From: Shigella phage vB_SflS-ISF001
DNA length: 50,552 nt
Sequence record: MG049919
Reading direction: 5' to 3' (one strand)
Part shown: one piece after another, positions 8,562 to 18,400 of the stretch
Position numbering within the stretch: position 1 is the stretch's first letter
Layout of the letters: the number at the start of each line of letters is the position of its first letter
The notes under the pieces: generated by a model
Told to the model about the DNA's origin: nothing
Database searches by the model: none
What the model saw: the letters and a program-made list of their open reading frames with translations, nothing else
Position numbers and translations under genes: made by a program

Positions 8562-9497
8562 GTGAACGAAGAATTTATGATGTATCAGAAAGAGGACGTT
8601 TTGCCGTACATGAAGGGGTTATGGCGCGAGGTTTTCCAGTCAGTCTGCGGGTTGCAGAATGAGGTGTTTAATAAGAAGCCCCAACCTTGCCCCAACTGCG
8701 GCGGTAAAGACCGCTTTCGATGGACCGTTAACTTAAACACTCCGGGCGACGGCGGCGCGATCTGCAACTCATGCGCGAACGACTCCGGGATCGGGTGGCT
8801 AATGAAATTAACTGGTATGCCGTTCAGTGAATGTATAAACATCCTGGGGAGATTTCTCGGAAAAGTTCCGCCGGAATATATCGTCAAGGCGAACAAGAAA
8901 GCGCGCCGGACTCCGGTAGGTGGCGTCAATGTCATGATGGCAGATCATGAAGCGGTGATGAAAGTCAAGGAGCGCACAGAGAAGCGCGTAAACACACCAC
9001 TAAGCATGTTTGAGTGGCTACCTACTGAATCATTCGACGTTGGCGTAAAACGTCGCGATGATGCCGGGGAGAGCGTATTTCACACTATCCCGTGTCAACT
9101 TGTGCATGAGGTCGGGCTTGATGACGAGTTTTGCAATATTTTGATTATTGACGAGGAAGAAAGGGAGTCATTTTACGCTAAGAAATACACAAGTTGCTCG
9201 GTTGCCGAGACTGGTAAAACTGAGAAGGCGATCTACTTGTGTCTAAACTGGATTGTCGCTCAGCACATAGCCTTTCACACAAAACAGGAAGTGTGGGCCT
9301 GCTACACTCCTGAAAACCTAGAAATGGTTGCGTACAGATACAAGGGAGAGCAGGAGGTAAGGGTTGCGTGCGAACCATCTGATAAAGAAACTTTATACAA
9401 GGCAGACGACAGACAATTAAAAATAATCATCCCGAATCCTGGAGGATTCCGCTCAGGAATGCAACCCATATATTTCTTAGTAAGTGACCTACTCTAA
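8562..9497 (+). CDS. putative DNA primase (N-terminal primase zinc-ribbon)
   Basis: CPNCGGKDRFRW...CNSC matches primase-helicase zinc-binding ribbon signature; GGAG RBS; followed by terminator. Confidence 0.5.
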   Translation: MNEEFMMYQKEDVLPYMKGLWREVFQSVCGLQNEVFNKKPQPCPNCGGKDRFRWTVNLNTPGDGGAICNSCANDSGIGWLMKLTGMPFSECINILGRFLGKVPPEYIVKANKKARRTPVGGVNVMMADHEAVMKVKERTEKRVNTPLSMFEWLPTESFDVGVKRRDDAGESVFHTIPCQLVHEVGLDDEFCNILIIDEEERESFYAKKYTSCSVAETGKTEKAIYLCLNWIVAQHIAFHTKQEVWACYTPENLEMVAYRYKGEQEVRVACEPSDKETLYKADDRQLKIIIPNPGGFRSGMQPIYFLVSDLL

Positions 9498-9520
9498 CCG
9501 CCTTCGGGCGGTTTTTTATT
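9496..9520 (+). terminator. rho-independent terminator after primase-like gene
   Basis: CCGCC-TTCG-GGCGG followed by TTTTTTATT. Confidence 0.65.
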
Positions 9521-9526
9521 GCCCAT

Positions 9527-9555
9527 TGCAAGGCAGGTGGCACAATGATAAAATC
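9527..9555 (+). promoter_or_regulatory. sigma70-type promoter for tail fibre gene
   Basis: TTGCAA - 17 bp - TAAAAT just downstream of terminator. Confidence 0.5.
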
Positions 9556-9559
9556 TGTG

Positions 9560-9579
9560 CTTAGCAATTCGTGCTATTT
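9560..9579 (+). promoter_or_regulatory. 20-mer motif copy in leader of tail fibre gene (inverted orientation)
   Basis: CTTAGCAATTCGTGCTATTT between sigma70-like promoter and RBS. Confidence 0.5.
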
Positions 9580-9597
9580 ACTTAAGGAGTTTATACT

Positions 9598-11382
9598 ATG
9601 GCTTTATATAGACGCGGCAATGGATCAATGGATGCAGACGGCACGGTTCACGGAACCGATACAAAATCGATAGATCTACTTGCTCTGATTCGAGTCGGTG
9701 CAACTATCGTATTCCTGGAGCAACCAATTAAGCTGGCGGTGATTAGCGATATCGTTAGCGACACAGAGTTAAAGGCTATCTCTACGGATGGTCAGACTGC
9801 CGCTGACGGTAAGTATGTGAACCAGCCTAACGATTCGTTGACTGGTAACGGATTAGCTCTAAACGATGCTGTGAAGCTTCGATACTATCAAAGCAAAGAG
9901 ACTGAGATCGCGGCAGCTAAAGATCTGATAAATCAGCTTGATATGAATAAACTTGAGCAAATAGTTGCTGATGTGAATCAGGCGAAATCTGATTCTCAAG
10001 CTGCGCAAAATCAGGCTGAATTAGCGCGTGACGCAGCCAACGCTGCACGCGATGAAACTAACTCAATCAAGAATCAGACGCAACAGATTGTTGACGGTGC
10101 TGTCGGTAGCATCAATGCGGCTAAGGATCAGGCTATAACCGATGTGCTGCCAATAGTAACTTCATCCATCACTCACATTGACTCAGAAGAAGCGGAGGTG
10201 AATCGGGGAATTAATGACGCAAAAGGCGATCTGTCAGGTTACGTTAATGACGCTCAGACGGCAGCACAAACGGCGACCTCTGCAAAAAACGACGCTCAGG
10301 CAGCGCGTGACGATGCGGTAAGCTCAAAAGATGCGGCTGCGGTAAGTGCTCAAGAAGCAAAAGACGCAGCTAACAGCATCAATGCTGAAAATCTTTTAAC
10401 TAAGGATGGCAATCTAGCTGGTCTTGAGGATAAAAAAGAGTCAAGAAAAAATATTGGGTTAGGTGAAAATGATGCTGTTAACTTTCTTACTATTAACACC
10501 ACTGGCGCTATAGGTGCAGGAAGGAATTCATGGGACGGTTCTAGCTGGGGTAGTCAGTCCATATTGTCATCATTGATGATTATGTCACCTGATGGAATAT
10601 CTACGCCAGGTATTTACGTCAGAAAAGAACGTAGCGATAATGGTTATGCTGGGACTTTATTATTTTATGAAGGGGCAAACTACTTCGAGACTAACAATAG
10701 ATTTAGAGCCAATCAGTTTTTATGCCAGAAAACATCTATGGGTTACAACCAGATGTGGTCTGCTTCATGCTTCCAGGGTAATTCTTACACCGCCGATAGT
10801 GGCGCTGAAAACTATCAATCACTTGTTGCTGGATCGTGTGATATAAGGGGGCAAGGGTATGTTGGCGGCGTAGCATTTGGCATGATGACTACGGGTAATG
10901 CTGAATGGCCCAGAGCACAAATATCAGTAGGCACTCAAGATAGGGATGTAGCAGGCAATATTGGTCTGCAAATGCATTTCAGGTTTATGGCTTCAGGGCA
11001 AATATCTTACGCTGGACCGCAAGGGGCTGGAAGTTTCCAACAGGTTCCGGCATCTGACAAAATTAAAACGCTCAGCATAAAGGATGATGAATTAAACACC
11101 GGATTCATCAACATAAAGTCAATGAGATTTAGGAACTTTATATTTAACGACGATGAGCAAGAAAGGGTAAGGCGAGGTGTTATAGCTCAGGAGATAGAAG
11201 AGATCGACAATCTATATGTTAAGAGAAAGGTGTATGTGAGCCACGAGCAAATCGCGCGAAAAGATGCAAGACTTGAGCTTGATACAACTCCTTTATTGCT
11301 TGACACTATGAGAGCTTTACAGGATACAATAAAGATAGTTGAAGAGTTACAAGAAGAGATAAAAATGTTGAAGTCCAAATGA
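9598..11382 (+). CDS. tail fibre protein with C-terminal intramolecular chaperone (S74-like) domain
   Basis: Long Ala/Gln-rich coiled-coil repeats, then C-terminal RFRNFIFNDDEQERVRRGVIAQEIEE block typical of autoproteolytic chaperone domains of tail fibres; AAGGAG RBS. Confidence 0.7.
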   Translation: MALYRRGNGSMDADGTVHGTDTKSIDLLALIRVGATIVFLEQPIKLAVISDIVSDTELKAISTDGQTAADGKYVNQPNDSLTGNGLALNDAVKLRYYQSKETEIAAAKDLINQLDMNKLEQIVADVNQAKSDSQAAQNQAELARDAANAARDETNSIKNQTQQIVDGAVGSINAAKDQAITDVLPIVTSSITHIDSEEAEVNRGINDAKGDLSGYVNDAQTAAQTATSAKNDAQAARDDAVSSKDAAAVSAQEAKDAANSINAENLLTKDGNLAGLEDKKESRKNIGLGENDAVNFLTINTTGAIGAGRNSWDGSSWGSQSILSSLMIMSPDGISTPGIYVRKERSDNGYAGTLLFYEGANYFETNNRFRANQFLCQKTSMGYNQMWSASCFQGNSYTADSGAENYQSLVAGSCDIRGQGYVGGVAFGMMTTGNAEWPRAQISVGTQDRDVAGNIGLQMHFRFMASGQISYAGPQGAGSFQQVPASDKIKTLSIKDDELNTGFINIKSMRFRNFIFNDDEQERVRRGVIAQEIEEIDNLYVKRKVYVSHEQIARKDARLELDTTPLLLDTMRALQDTIKIVEELQEEIKMLKSK

Positions 11383-11412
11383 TAAAATCCCCGCATTGCG
11401 GGGATTTTTGTT
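11383..11412. terminator. bidirectional terminator between tail fibre and SSB genes
   Basis: AAAATCCCCGC-ATTG-CGGGGATTTTT. Confidence 0.65.
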
Positions 11413-11824
11413 AGAACGGGTTATCATCATCGAAAGTTGATTGAGGATTTGGCTGTGGCTGTGATTGAATTCGCTGTTGTTGCTGCGGTGCTCGTTGTTG
11501 ATTGCTTTGTCCTCGTAGACTAAATACCAACTTCGGGAAGTCAGCGGCCTGCAATGAATTGTAAGCCGTTCCATTGTGTTCACGGGATGAGATCTTCAAT
11601 GTCTCGCATGATTCTGATACGACGCGACCAACCTGGAACGCTTCACGATACCAATCAGCATGGCCAGGCTTTCCACCATCGCTAAAAAAGAATGTGTAGT
11701 TTGTGTATACTCGATCGCCATCACGAGGCTTATAGCTTTCTGCCAGTTCGATGATAAAACTAATCCCACCCTTTCGTTCAAGAATCTTAGGTTCTTTGCG
11801 GTTCACGGCAATGTTAATATGCAT
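11411..11824 (-). CDS. single-stranded DNA-binding protein
   Basis: C-terminus QSTFDDDNPF resembles the acidic SSB tail (E. coli DDDIPF); Gln/Pro-rich linker; downstream of annealing protein and exonuclease. Confidence 0.6.
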   Translation of the reverse strand: MHINIAVNRKEPKILERKGGISFIIELAESYKPRDGDRVYTNYTFFFSDGGKPGHADWYREAFQVGRVVSESCETLKISSREHNGTAYNSLQAADFPKLVFSLRGQSNQQRAPQQQQRIQSQPQPNPQSTFDDDNPF

Positions 11825-11869
11825 TATTTCTCTCCTAAAATTTATGGGCGACCGAAGCCGCCCTGATGA

Positions 11870-12517
11870 TTATTCGTAGTTGGTGATTGATTGAGATTGT
11901 ACAGGCTTCGCGCTAGTTGCTTCATCCAGTATTATCAGTCCCCGTAGCGCCGGGCGAATACCGCGAGCCTTTCCGACCTCAAACTTCGCCTTAAGTGCGT
12001 TATAATGATCCTGAATGATTGATTTGCTCGCCGTGTCACTCTGACGGTAGGCGCTGGCCCACACATCCTTCAGTGATTCTATATCTACGCACGCATCAAG
12101 TTCTTTTTTCCAGTCCTTGACAGATTTCACTGCATGCTGAGCATCGTCATCACTCTGGCTAATCCCCAGCGCTGCGGCTAATGAGTAAGGTCGAGCATAC
12201 GTCTTTGCGGAACCTACGCCTTGCGGATCGCGCTTTGCAATCGGCATCATCATGAAGAATTTGGCCCACTGCCCGGATTTGTGAATCAGCATAGTTTCAA
12301 GGTGGAAGGTTGTTTCCGTGCTTGTATCCAGCATTGATTGCAGGATCATGATATCGTTGTCGGTCAACGCAGGACTAACTCCCGCCATCATTGCGCCAAG
12401 AGTTGCGTATAAGTTTTTCAGATGAATGTTTTTAGCGTCCTTCTTTGCTATCGCGAATTTATTGCGAGCGTTAAACAGACCCGGAAGGATTTCGTTGGTT
12501 TCTGGTGATAATTGCAT
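11870..12517 (-). CDS. single-strand annealing protein (Erf-like recombinase)
   Basis: Position between exonuclease and SSB; start at internal ATG with AGGAGAAG RBS (track ORF to 12550); family assignment from memory, not verified. Confidence 0.5.
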   Translation of the reverse strand: MQLSPETNEILPGLFNARNKFAIAKKDAKNIHLKNLYATLGAMMAGVSPALTDNDIMILQSMLDTSTETTFHLETMLIHKSGQWAKFFMMMPIAKRDPQGVGSAKTYARPYSLAAALGISQSDDDAQHAVKSVKDWKKELDACVDIESLKDVWASAYRQSDTASKSIIQDHYNALKAKFEVGKARGIRPALRGLIILDEATSAKPVQSQSITNYE

Positions 12518-12573
12518 CTTAACTTCTCCTGATTGGTGTATGAGGTGCATTATAACACCTCATTAATTATTTG

Positions 12574-12595
12574 TTTAGCTATTTGTGCCGTTTAC
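12574..12595 (-). promoter_or_regulatory. degenerate 20-mer motif copy upstream of annealing-protein gene
   Basis: Plus-strand TTTAGCTATTTGTGCCGTTTAC; TATAAT in hairpin TGAGGTG/CACCTCA downstream on minus strand. Confidence 0.4.
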
Positions 12596-13656
12596 TTGAT
12601 TTGATATCGTACCCATGACGGCGTTTCAAGTTCAATCTCGCTTGCATCGCCAGCGTATCCAGGCCAAACATCCATTTCAGAGCAAGCCTTGTAAGTGTGG
12701 ACTACGCTAATGTACTGGTTACGACCGATCCTGATTTGCTCCATAATCATACGGTAAGCTAGTGCGATATAAGGTTCTTTTTTCTCCTGCGCAAGCAATC
12801 TAACCACGTTCGGGATATCTTCCGGGAAGTTTCCTTCAAAAGCGCCAGCCTGGATTGCGCGTCGTTGCAGGTCATGCTGTAAGGCCATTTTCAGATAATA
12901 CGCGAGAGTGCATCCCGGTCGCGGGAACTCTAACGGGATGGCGCTCATCGTAGTTTTGAAGTCAGTAATAATCAGCGCTTCCGGGAAATTTACGTCTTCA
13001 TACACCGGATCGCCATTCTCATCATAACCAGTCAGGACACGACCTGGAACATTCTCCTTGTAATCAAGGTGGTCAAGTCGAACATTAACCTTGACGCCGG
13101 ATATCTCACCGAAGATTGAAATCAAACGCTGCGCCGTTTCGCTGTTGATACACGCTTCATGATCCGGATTTTGCTCAAGTATGGCTCTCATCTTCATGCA
13201 GGCGTCGTATTTATCAGCGTCAACGGGTTTCTTTCCTTCAGCGCGCGCCTCAGCTTCTGCGATCAGTTCAATCTGGTATTGAACGTTGAGTTCTTCACCG
13301 CAATCAACCATCATTTTGATGAGGTCAGGGTACTGCTTCCCGGATGTACCTTTCAGGCCAAATGATCTTAATTTTGCCGCTAGTGCAGCTTGCGAAGTAA
13401 TGAGATCTTTAAACTCTGCCGGAGCCGGGCAACGGGCATACGATGCAGTAAACAGATCTCGGTTCTCAAAGTTGGTGTGCGACTGAGTACCAAACTCCAG
13501 CGCTTTAGTCGTCTCGTTCTTCTTGAATGGCCAGTTAGCCGGGCAAGTCTGATAAATTTCTGCAAGGCTCGAACCGCTTTCATACTCTGCCGCCCAACCT
13601 TCGTTACTATGATACCCGACATTAGAAAGCTGAGTTGATGTGAATACTTGGAACAT
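12592..13656 (-). CDS. recombination exonuclease (lambda Exo/RecE-like, PD-(D/E)xK)
   Basis: IITDFKTT (D-x-K) core; first gene of leftward unit behind TTGACT-16-TATAAT promoter; AAGGAG RBS. Confidence 0.6.
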   Translation of the reverse strand: MFQVFTSTQLSNVGYHSNEGWAAEYESGSSLAEIYQTCPANWPFKKNETTKALEFGTQSHTNFENRDLFTASYARCPAPAEFKDLITSQAALAAKLRSFGLKGTSGKQYPDLIKMMVDCGEELNVQYQIELIAEAEARAEGKKPVDADKYDACMKMRAILEQNPDHEACINSETAQRLISIFGEISGVKVNVRLDHLDYKENVPGRVLTGYDENGDPVYEDVNFPEALIITDFKTTMSAIPLEFPRPGCTLAYYLKMALQHDLQRRAIQAGAFEGNFPEDIPNVVRLLAQEKKEPYIALAYRMIMEQIRIGRNQYISVVHTYKACSEMDVWPGYAGDASEIELETPSWVRYQIK

Positions 13657-13687
13657 TGCGTTTATCTCCTTCGTTTACGATGAATCC

Positions 13688-13715
13688 ATTATAGCCATTA
13701 ACGGCGTTTAGTCAA
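13688..13715 (-). promoter_or_regulatory. sigma70-type promoter for exonuclease-Erf-SSB unit
   Basis: Minus-strand TTGACT - 16 bp - TATAAT, about 30 nt upstream of exonuclease ATG. Confidence 0.6.
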
Positions 13716-14125
13716 TCGAATACATGTAATTGGTGTGTAATAGCGTGTCTATATCGCTCAAGTTACAACCAGCATTAACGGAATCAATTGCTTAAGTCTA
13801 TTTTTATGTGATGTCTACTGTGTAATACTTGTAACCGCTTTTTCTTAGAAATACAGAGATAGCTACAAGTAGAATCCATATTGATTAAATTTTGAACATA
13901 TATGATAGAAATTTGACGAATCAATCAAATCACCAGTTACACGATAGACAACTGTTACACAACAATAATTATATATATAAAGCTAAAATTAAATATTATC
14001 TATCTATATATATTATATAGAGTTTTTATCATATCCCTCTGCTGTCGGGTGGGGTGGATTTTGTAACACCCGCTCCGGTTACAAAAATAGACACCCGTTA
14101 CACGAAAAAAACTGTAATCGTGCTA

Positions 14126-14154
14126 TTGCAATAAAAGTAAATGCGACATACAAT
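14126..14154 (+). promoter_or_regulatory. sigma70-type promoter for 14184-15373 unit
   Basis: TTGCAA - 17 bp - TACAAT; partial 20-mer motif (CGTGCTATT) abuts the -35. Confidence 0.55.
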
Positions 14155-14183
14155 GCAATCACACTAACGACGAGGACATACAA

Positions 14184-14414
14184 ATGATAAAGTTAATCAC
14201 CATTATTGCTGCGGCATTCATCCTGACTGGTTTTGCTCAGAATCATAAAAATGGCGACTGCGTTACTTTCGCGTACGGCTCTTGCATGATGCGATTCGTT
14301 GATGGTAAAAGGGTTCCGGCTGGCGAAATTGGCACGCCATTCAAAGGTCTGTGGTCCGACGACGATCAGGGCAACTTTAGCGCCAAGGTAAGAATCATAA
14401 CTAAAGAGTGGTAA
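14184..14414 (+). CDS. small secreted protein (76 aa, signal peptide)
   Basis: N-terminal signal MIKLITIIAAAFILTGFA; 2 Cys in mature part; GAGGA RBS; sigma70 promoter TTGCAA-17-TACAAT upstream. Confidence 0.55.
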   Translation: MIKLITIIAAAFILTGFAQNHKNGDCVTFAYGSCMMRFVDGKRVPAGEIGTPFKGLWSDDDQGNFSAKVRIITKEW

Positions 14415-14416
14415 TT

Positions 14417-15373
14417 ATGGGGCAAGGAATATACATAAATCTAAATGACGGTCGCCCGGCAATGGAGATAATTTCAGGGCTTCGCGCCCCGTCATGGTGC
14501 GGACCTATACAGGCTGACGCGGTTGATTCATCTGGATCGGTTTTTGATTTTGGTTTGCAAATGAGTCGAGGGTCTACTGCTTTTTGCCTTCCATCTCAGG
14601 CTATCTACATAGACGTTAAGCATTACATCCCGGAGGTGTATTATTTGACCAGTTTTCAGAAGGTCAATGTTTCAACCGGACGAATAACGGTAGGTAATTT
14701 AAACGGGCATGGTGGAACGAGGATGAGATTTTATGGAAACTGCTACGAAATCCTCCCCGCTCAGGATGGAAATCAGGGGATACTTGTTAACGATTCAACG
14801 AACTTCGCAGCGATCCCTAATAACGCAAGATTGATGAGCGCAAAATTTGTTGGCGGGATTCAAGTTAACGGTCAGGCTCAGTTGCCAGTACAGGGCGTTC
14901 CTTTCGGTATCTGGGATAATCCAAACGTAACACTTGAATCTGACGGCAATACAATATCATGCAGGGATGCAAACTATAACGGGATTGATGACGTTGGCGC
15001 TAGCGTTTACGTGCAACTCGTAATATTTAATAATACTCCACCACCTCCTGGGCCTGGAATAACTATGAGTAACCCTGCTGGGCAGATCGTTTTCTCAAGC
15101 GTCAGACGCCCCTTCGTTCTTGGCGGGACGATGGCGATAAATGATGGTTGCCAGTGGTGCGGTGGATTTTTCCCAATCCTGAGAACAGGTACGATATGCA
15201 GAGTTACAGGTGGATATAATAACATTCGATACAAGGGCGTTTGCATCAGCGGCGGTAACGTGAGAAGCGCACCCGGAACAAGGGTAGGTAACTATTTTAC
15301 TCAGAGCGGCGCTCAATTTCCCTTCAATATAAACATTTCAATGCCTATTCCTTTCACTCCAAACATGTATTAA
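14417..15373 (+). CDS. hypothetical Pro/Cys-rich protein (318 aa), possible receptor-interaction or exclusion factor
   Basis: ATG overlapping upstream stop; PPPPPGPG linker; Cys-rich C-terminus; ends at bidirectional terminator shared with J. Confidence 0.5.
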   Translation: MGQGIYINLNDGRPAMEIISGLRAPSWCGPIQADAVDSSGSVFDFGLQMSRGSTAFCLPSQAIYIDVKHYIPEVYYLTSFQKVNVSTGRITVGNLNGHGGTRMRFYGNCYEILPAQDGNQGILVNDSTNFAAIPNNARLMSAKFVGGIQVNGQAQLPVQGVPFGIWDNPNVTLESDGNTISCRDANYNGIDDVGASVYVQLVIFNNTPPPPGPGITMSNPAGQIVFSSVRRPFVLGGTMAINDGCQWCGGFFPILRTGTICRVTGGYNNIRYKGVCISGGNVRSAPGTRVGNYFTQSGAQFPFNINISMPIPFTPNMY

Positions 15374-15400
15374 AAAAAAGGGGCCAATCAGCCCCTTTCT
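15371..15400. terminator. bidirectional terminator between 14417-15373 gene and J
   Basis: A8 - GGGGC CAATCA GCCCC - TTTCT. Confidence 0.6.
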
Positions 15401-15467
15401 GTTACCAGACATCTACATCCTCTGGGTCCCCGGTTGGTTGGATATCCGTGATTTCGTTATTGATTAT

Positions 15468-18400
15468 CTAAACCGAGTTAATAGTTCCGATAAATCCAAA
15501 CGATTCGTTATCCGCATACAGAGCACCCGTTACGGTAGCATTCATGAAGTACGCAGCACCATTCTTGTTAATATGCAACCCTTGATTTCCATCCCAATTG
15601 TTAGACTGAATACCGTTACCAATCTTTGCGTTAGTAATAAATCCATCCTTGATGATCGCGCTACTTAGAATAGCCTGACCATTCTCAACAACGAATGGAT
15701 ACTGAGTCTGACCGTTCATGGCTGTGATCATCGCAAATCGAGATGCCTCAAAAAGAATCTGAGCCTTAACACCCCCAGCTGAACCAATCAGAGACATAGC
15801 CATACCTGCGCTGTATTCCTGACCATTATACTTAAGGCCCAGCTTGACGCCGTACATTGCACCAGTCGAATCGGCGTTACTCCACGAGTCAAGTTTTTGA
15901 GAAAGTGCTGCCTCGTTATTCCCAAGTCGCGCGCTTAACGTTAAGTCAGCTTGCGTTCTCGCCACAGTCTCGTTCGCGATGGCTTCACGGATATCGGTCA
16001 AACTTGCCTGATTATCATCACCAATCTCTGCCTTGAGTTGGTCAATCTCACGAGATAGCTCCCCTGTCTCAGTTGCGATAACTTCACGCAATTCACTATT
16101 GCTTGCGTAAATCTGATCGCCAAAACTTGCTTTCAATTGCTCGATCGCCGTCACTCTTGCCTGCGTCTCATCAGCAATAAGTTTCAGTGATTTCGTGTAC
16201 TCAGGCTTTCGTTTTCCGTTCTCCTTCTTCATATAGATCGCGTCTTTGTCATGAGCTAACGCGTTCTCAATTGACGCTTCCGCGTTCGCTGCGTTCTGCG
16301 ACGCGTTGCCTGTTGCGTTATCAACAAGCCACTTGTAGCCAGGCGAGATTTCTATATCGACAGAAATCTCTCCGATGATATCGTCAACGTTTGTTAATGC
16401 CATACCTCTGACAAAATCAGTCCACTGAGACACATTACCGATCGTGTCAACCGTCCTTACCCGATACCACACAATATTCCCGCCCGGCATCTGTGAATGA
16501 TAATACTCATGCTGCGGATACGGGATCAGAGAGAGTAAACTCGCATTGTCAACCGTTCCATCCGGTGACTGTTGCAACTCTGTATAGGCCGTATCTCCAG
16601 AACCATCAGAGAACCCCCATTTTGTACGGATACCAAAAACAACATCATCAGTAGCCGTAAGGTTAATCGGTCTGCCCGGCTCACCTTGTTTGCCAGTCAG
16701 CGTCGCAGCTACGATATTTGACCATCCTGAAGTCGTACCGGAACCAGCTACGGAGCGAACGCGAACCTGATAGTTGCCAGCGTAAATACCCTCAACGTAA
16801 ACCTCTTTGTTTGCTGTCTGCGGAACGTTTTGCCAGTTGCCGTTATCCTTTCTCCACTGTACGTCATAGAAAACTGCGTACGGCACTTTATCCCAGCTAA
16901 CAATCATCGTTTCTACGCTCATCCCCTGGACGATTCTCGACTCTGAGGACACTTGCACGTTTTCCGGTCTAGGGATCTGATCTGGTTCAACGATGCTCGT
17001 CGGTCGGTCGTCGATGTTAACTCCGTAATCAATCTCGTCGTACTTGTTAGGATCGTACTCCACCGCCGTGATTTTGTAGGTAAATTCCTCGTCATCATCG
17101 CCCTTATCGATTTTTGTCACGACGTACTGTTGTAGCGCAATGTCGGTGCGGTCGATAGCGAATACCGTGTTAGGCTTCACAGGAAAGCCAAAGCCAATGT
17201 TAACCTCTATAGTCTTACCATCCGCACTAACACTTGAGATTGTGCGCTTCACGGGCTTGCCGTCGGGCTTATTTACGATAATAAAGTCACCTGCGCGCGC
17301 ATCCACACGGAACGGCAAGAAAATCTGGCTTCCAGACACTTCAAGCAAGCGCCCTGATAGGTTCATAGTCAAGTTGCTTGACCAGAAGTTGTCGGCTATT
17401 GCCACAACATCACCTATTGTCGGGATCATACCTTCAAGCCCGGTAGCGAAGTTTACCGTAGTGCTGCGGAGGTTAGTTTTCAGAATCCATCTCCCGCGTC
17501 GGTTTGCCTCACTTCGACGTGTGCAGCCGATCGCTGTAATGCTCGTTACGTTGTTCCCGAACCGTAGAGTAGCCTCACGATCGAATACTGGCTCAACGTC
17601 CTGCTGATACATGTTTTGCTCGTCATCAAACATCACATTACACGTCGTGTACATACTCTTTTCGCTTGCGAACGTGTAGGAGAAGTCACCATTAACAACG
17701 TTGTCGTTAGTGAAGATGTACGCAGGTTCACGCGGCCTGTCGATGATTACCGAAATGCTTTCGCCATTCCAAAAGCTCATACCTCGAAAGATTGAGCAAA
17801 TATCTCGAATAACCTTGTAAGCGTCAGTCTGAGACTGGATTATCACGTCGCAAAGGTATCGAGGCTCCGTCCCTCCCTTCCCATCAGGAACCATCTGATC
17901 GCAATATTGCGCGGCCTCGTAGAGCGCCCATTTATCGACGGAGATCCCAAGCTCCTTCTGATCCAGTCCGTAGCGCTGATTAATCATCAGGTCGTATAGA
18001 ACCCATGCCGGGTTGTTAGTCCAAGCCTTCTTGAAAGTCCCATCCCAATTTCCGTTGTAGGTTCGAGACTCAGGGTCGTAATTAGATGGAACGTTAATAA
18101 TCTTCCAGCGCTTACGAATTGAGATCGTAGGCAGCTGGTTTGGGAACATTTTCGAATCAAACTCGACAAAAAGAAGACCAGTCAGAGGATAACGGAATTT
18201 GGCATCAATCACCTCGGCATAGCTTTTCACCTGAATTGCATCAACGACATTCGAGTCACTTGAGTCAGGAGTCTTTCGAACAACTCTGAATATTACCTGG
18301 TTGTTGAAGTTCGGCAGGTTTACGCGACGGCTTCGATCATAACCCGACATTGTTTTGCCTTCGATTACATCAGTAAGAACAGTCTCAAACGAACCGCCAT

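Larger units (their letters stand above)
13657..14183. repeat. divergent control region A with iteron-like TAGACA / GTTACAC repeats and AT-rich core
   Basis: At least 4 composite repeats (13733-13752, 13811-13835, 13934-13956, 14061-14103), ATATATAT runs, flanked by divergent sigma70 promoters. Confidence 0.55.
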
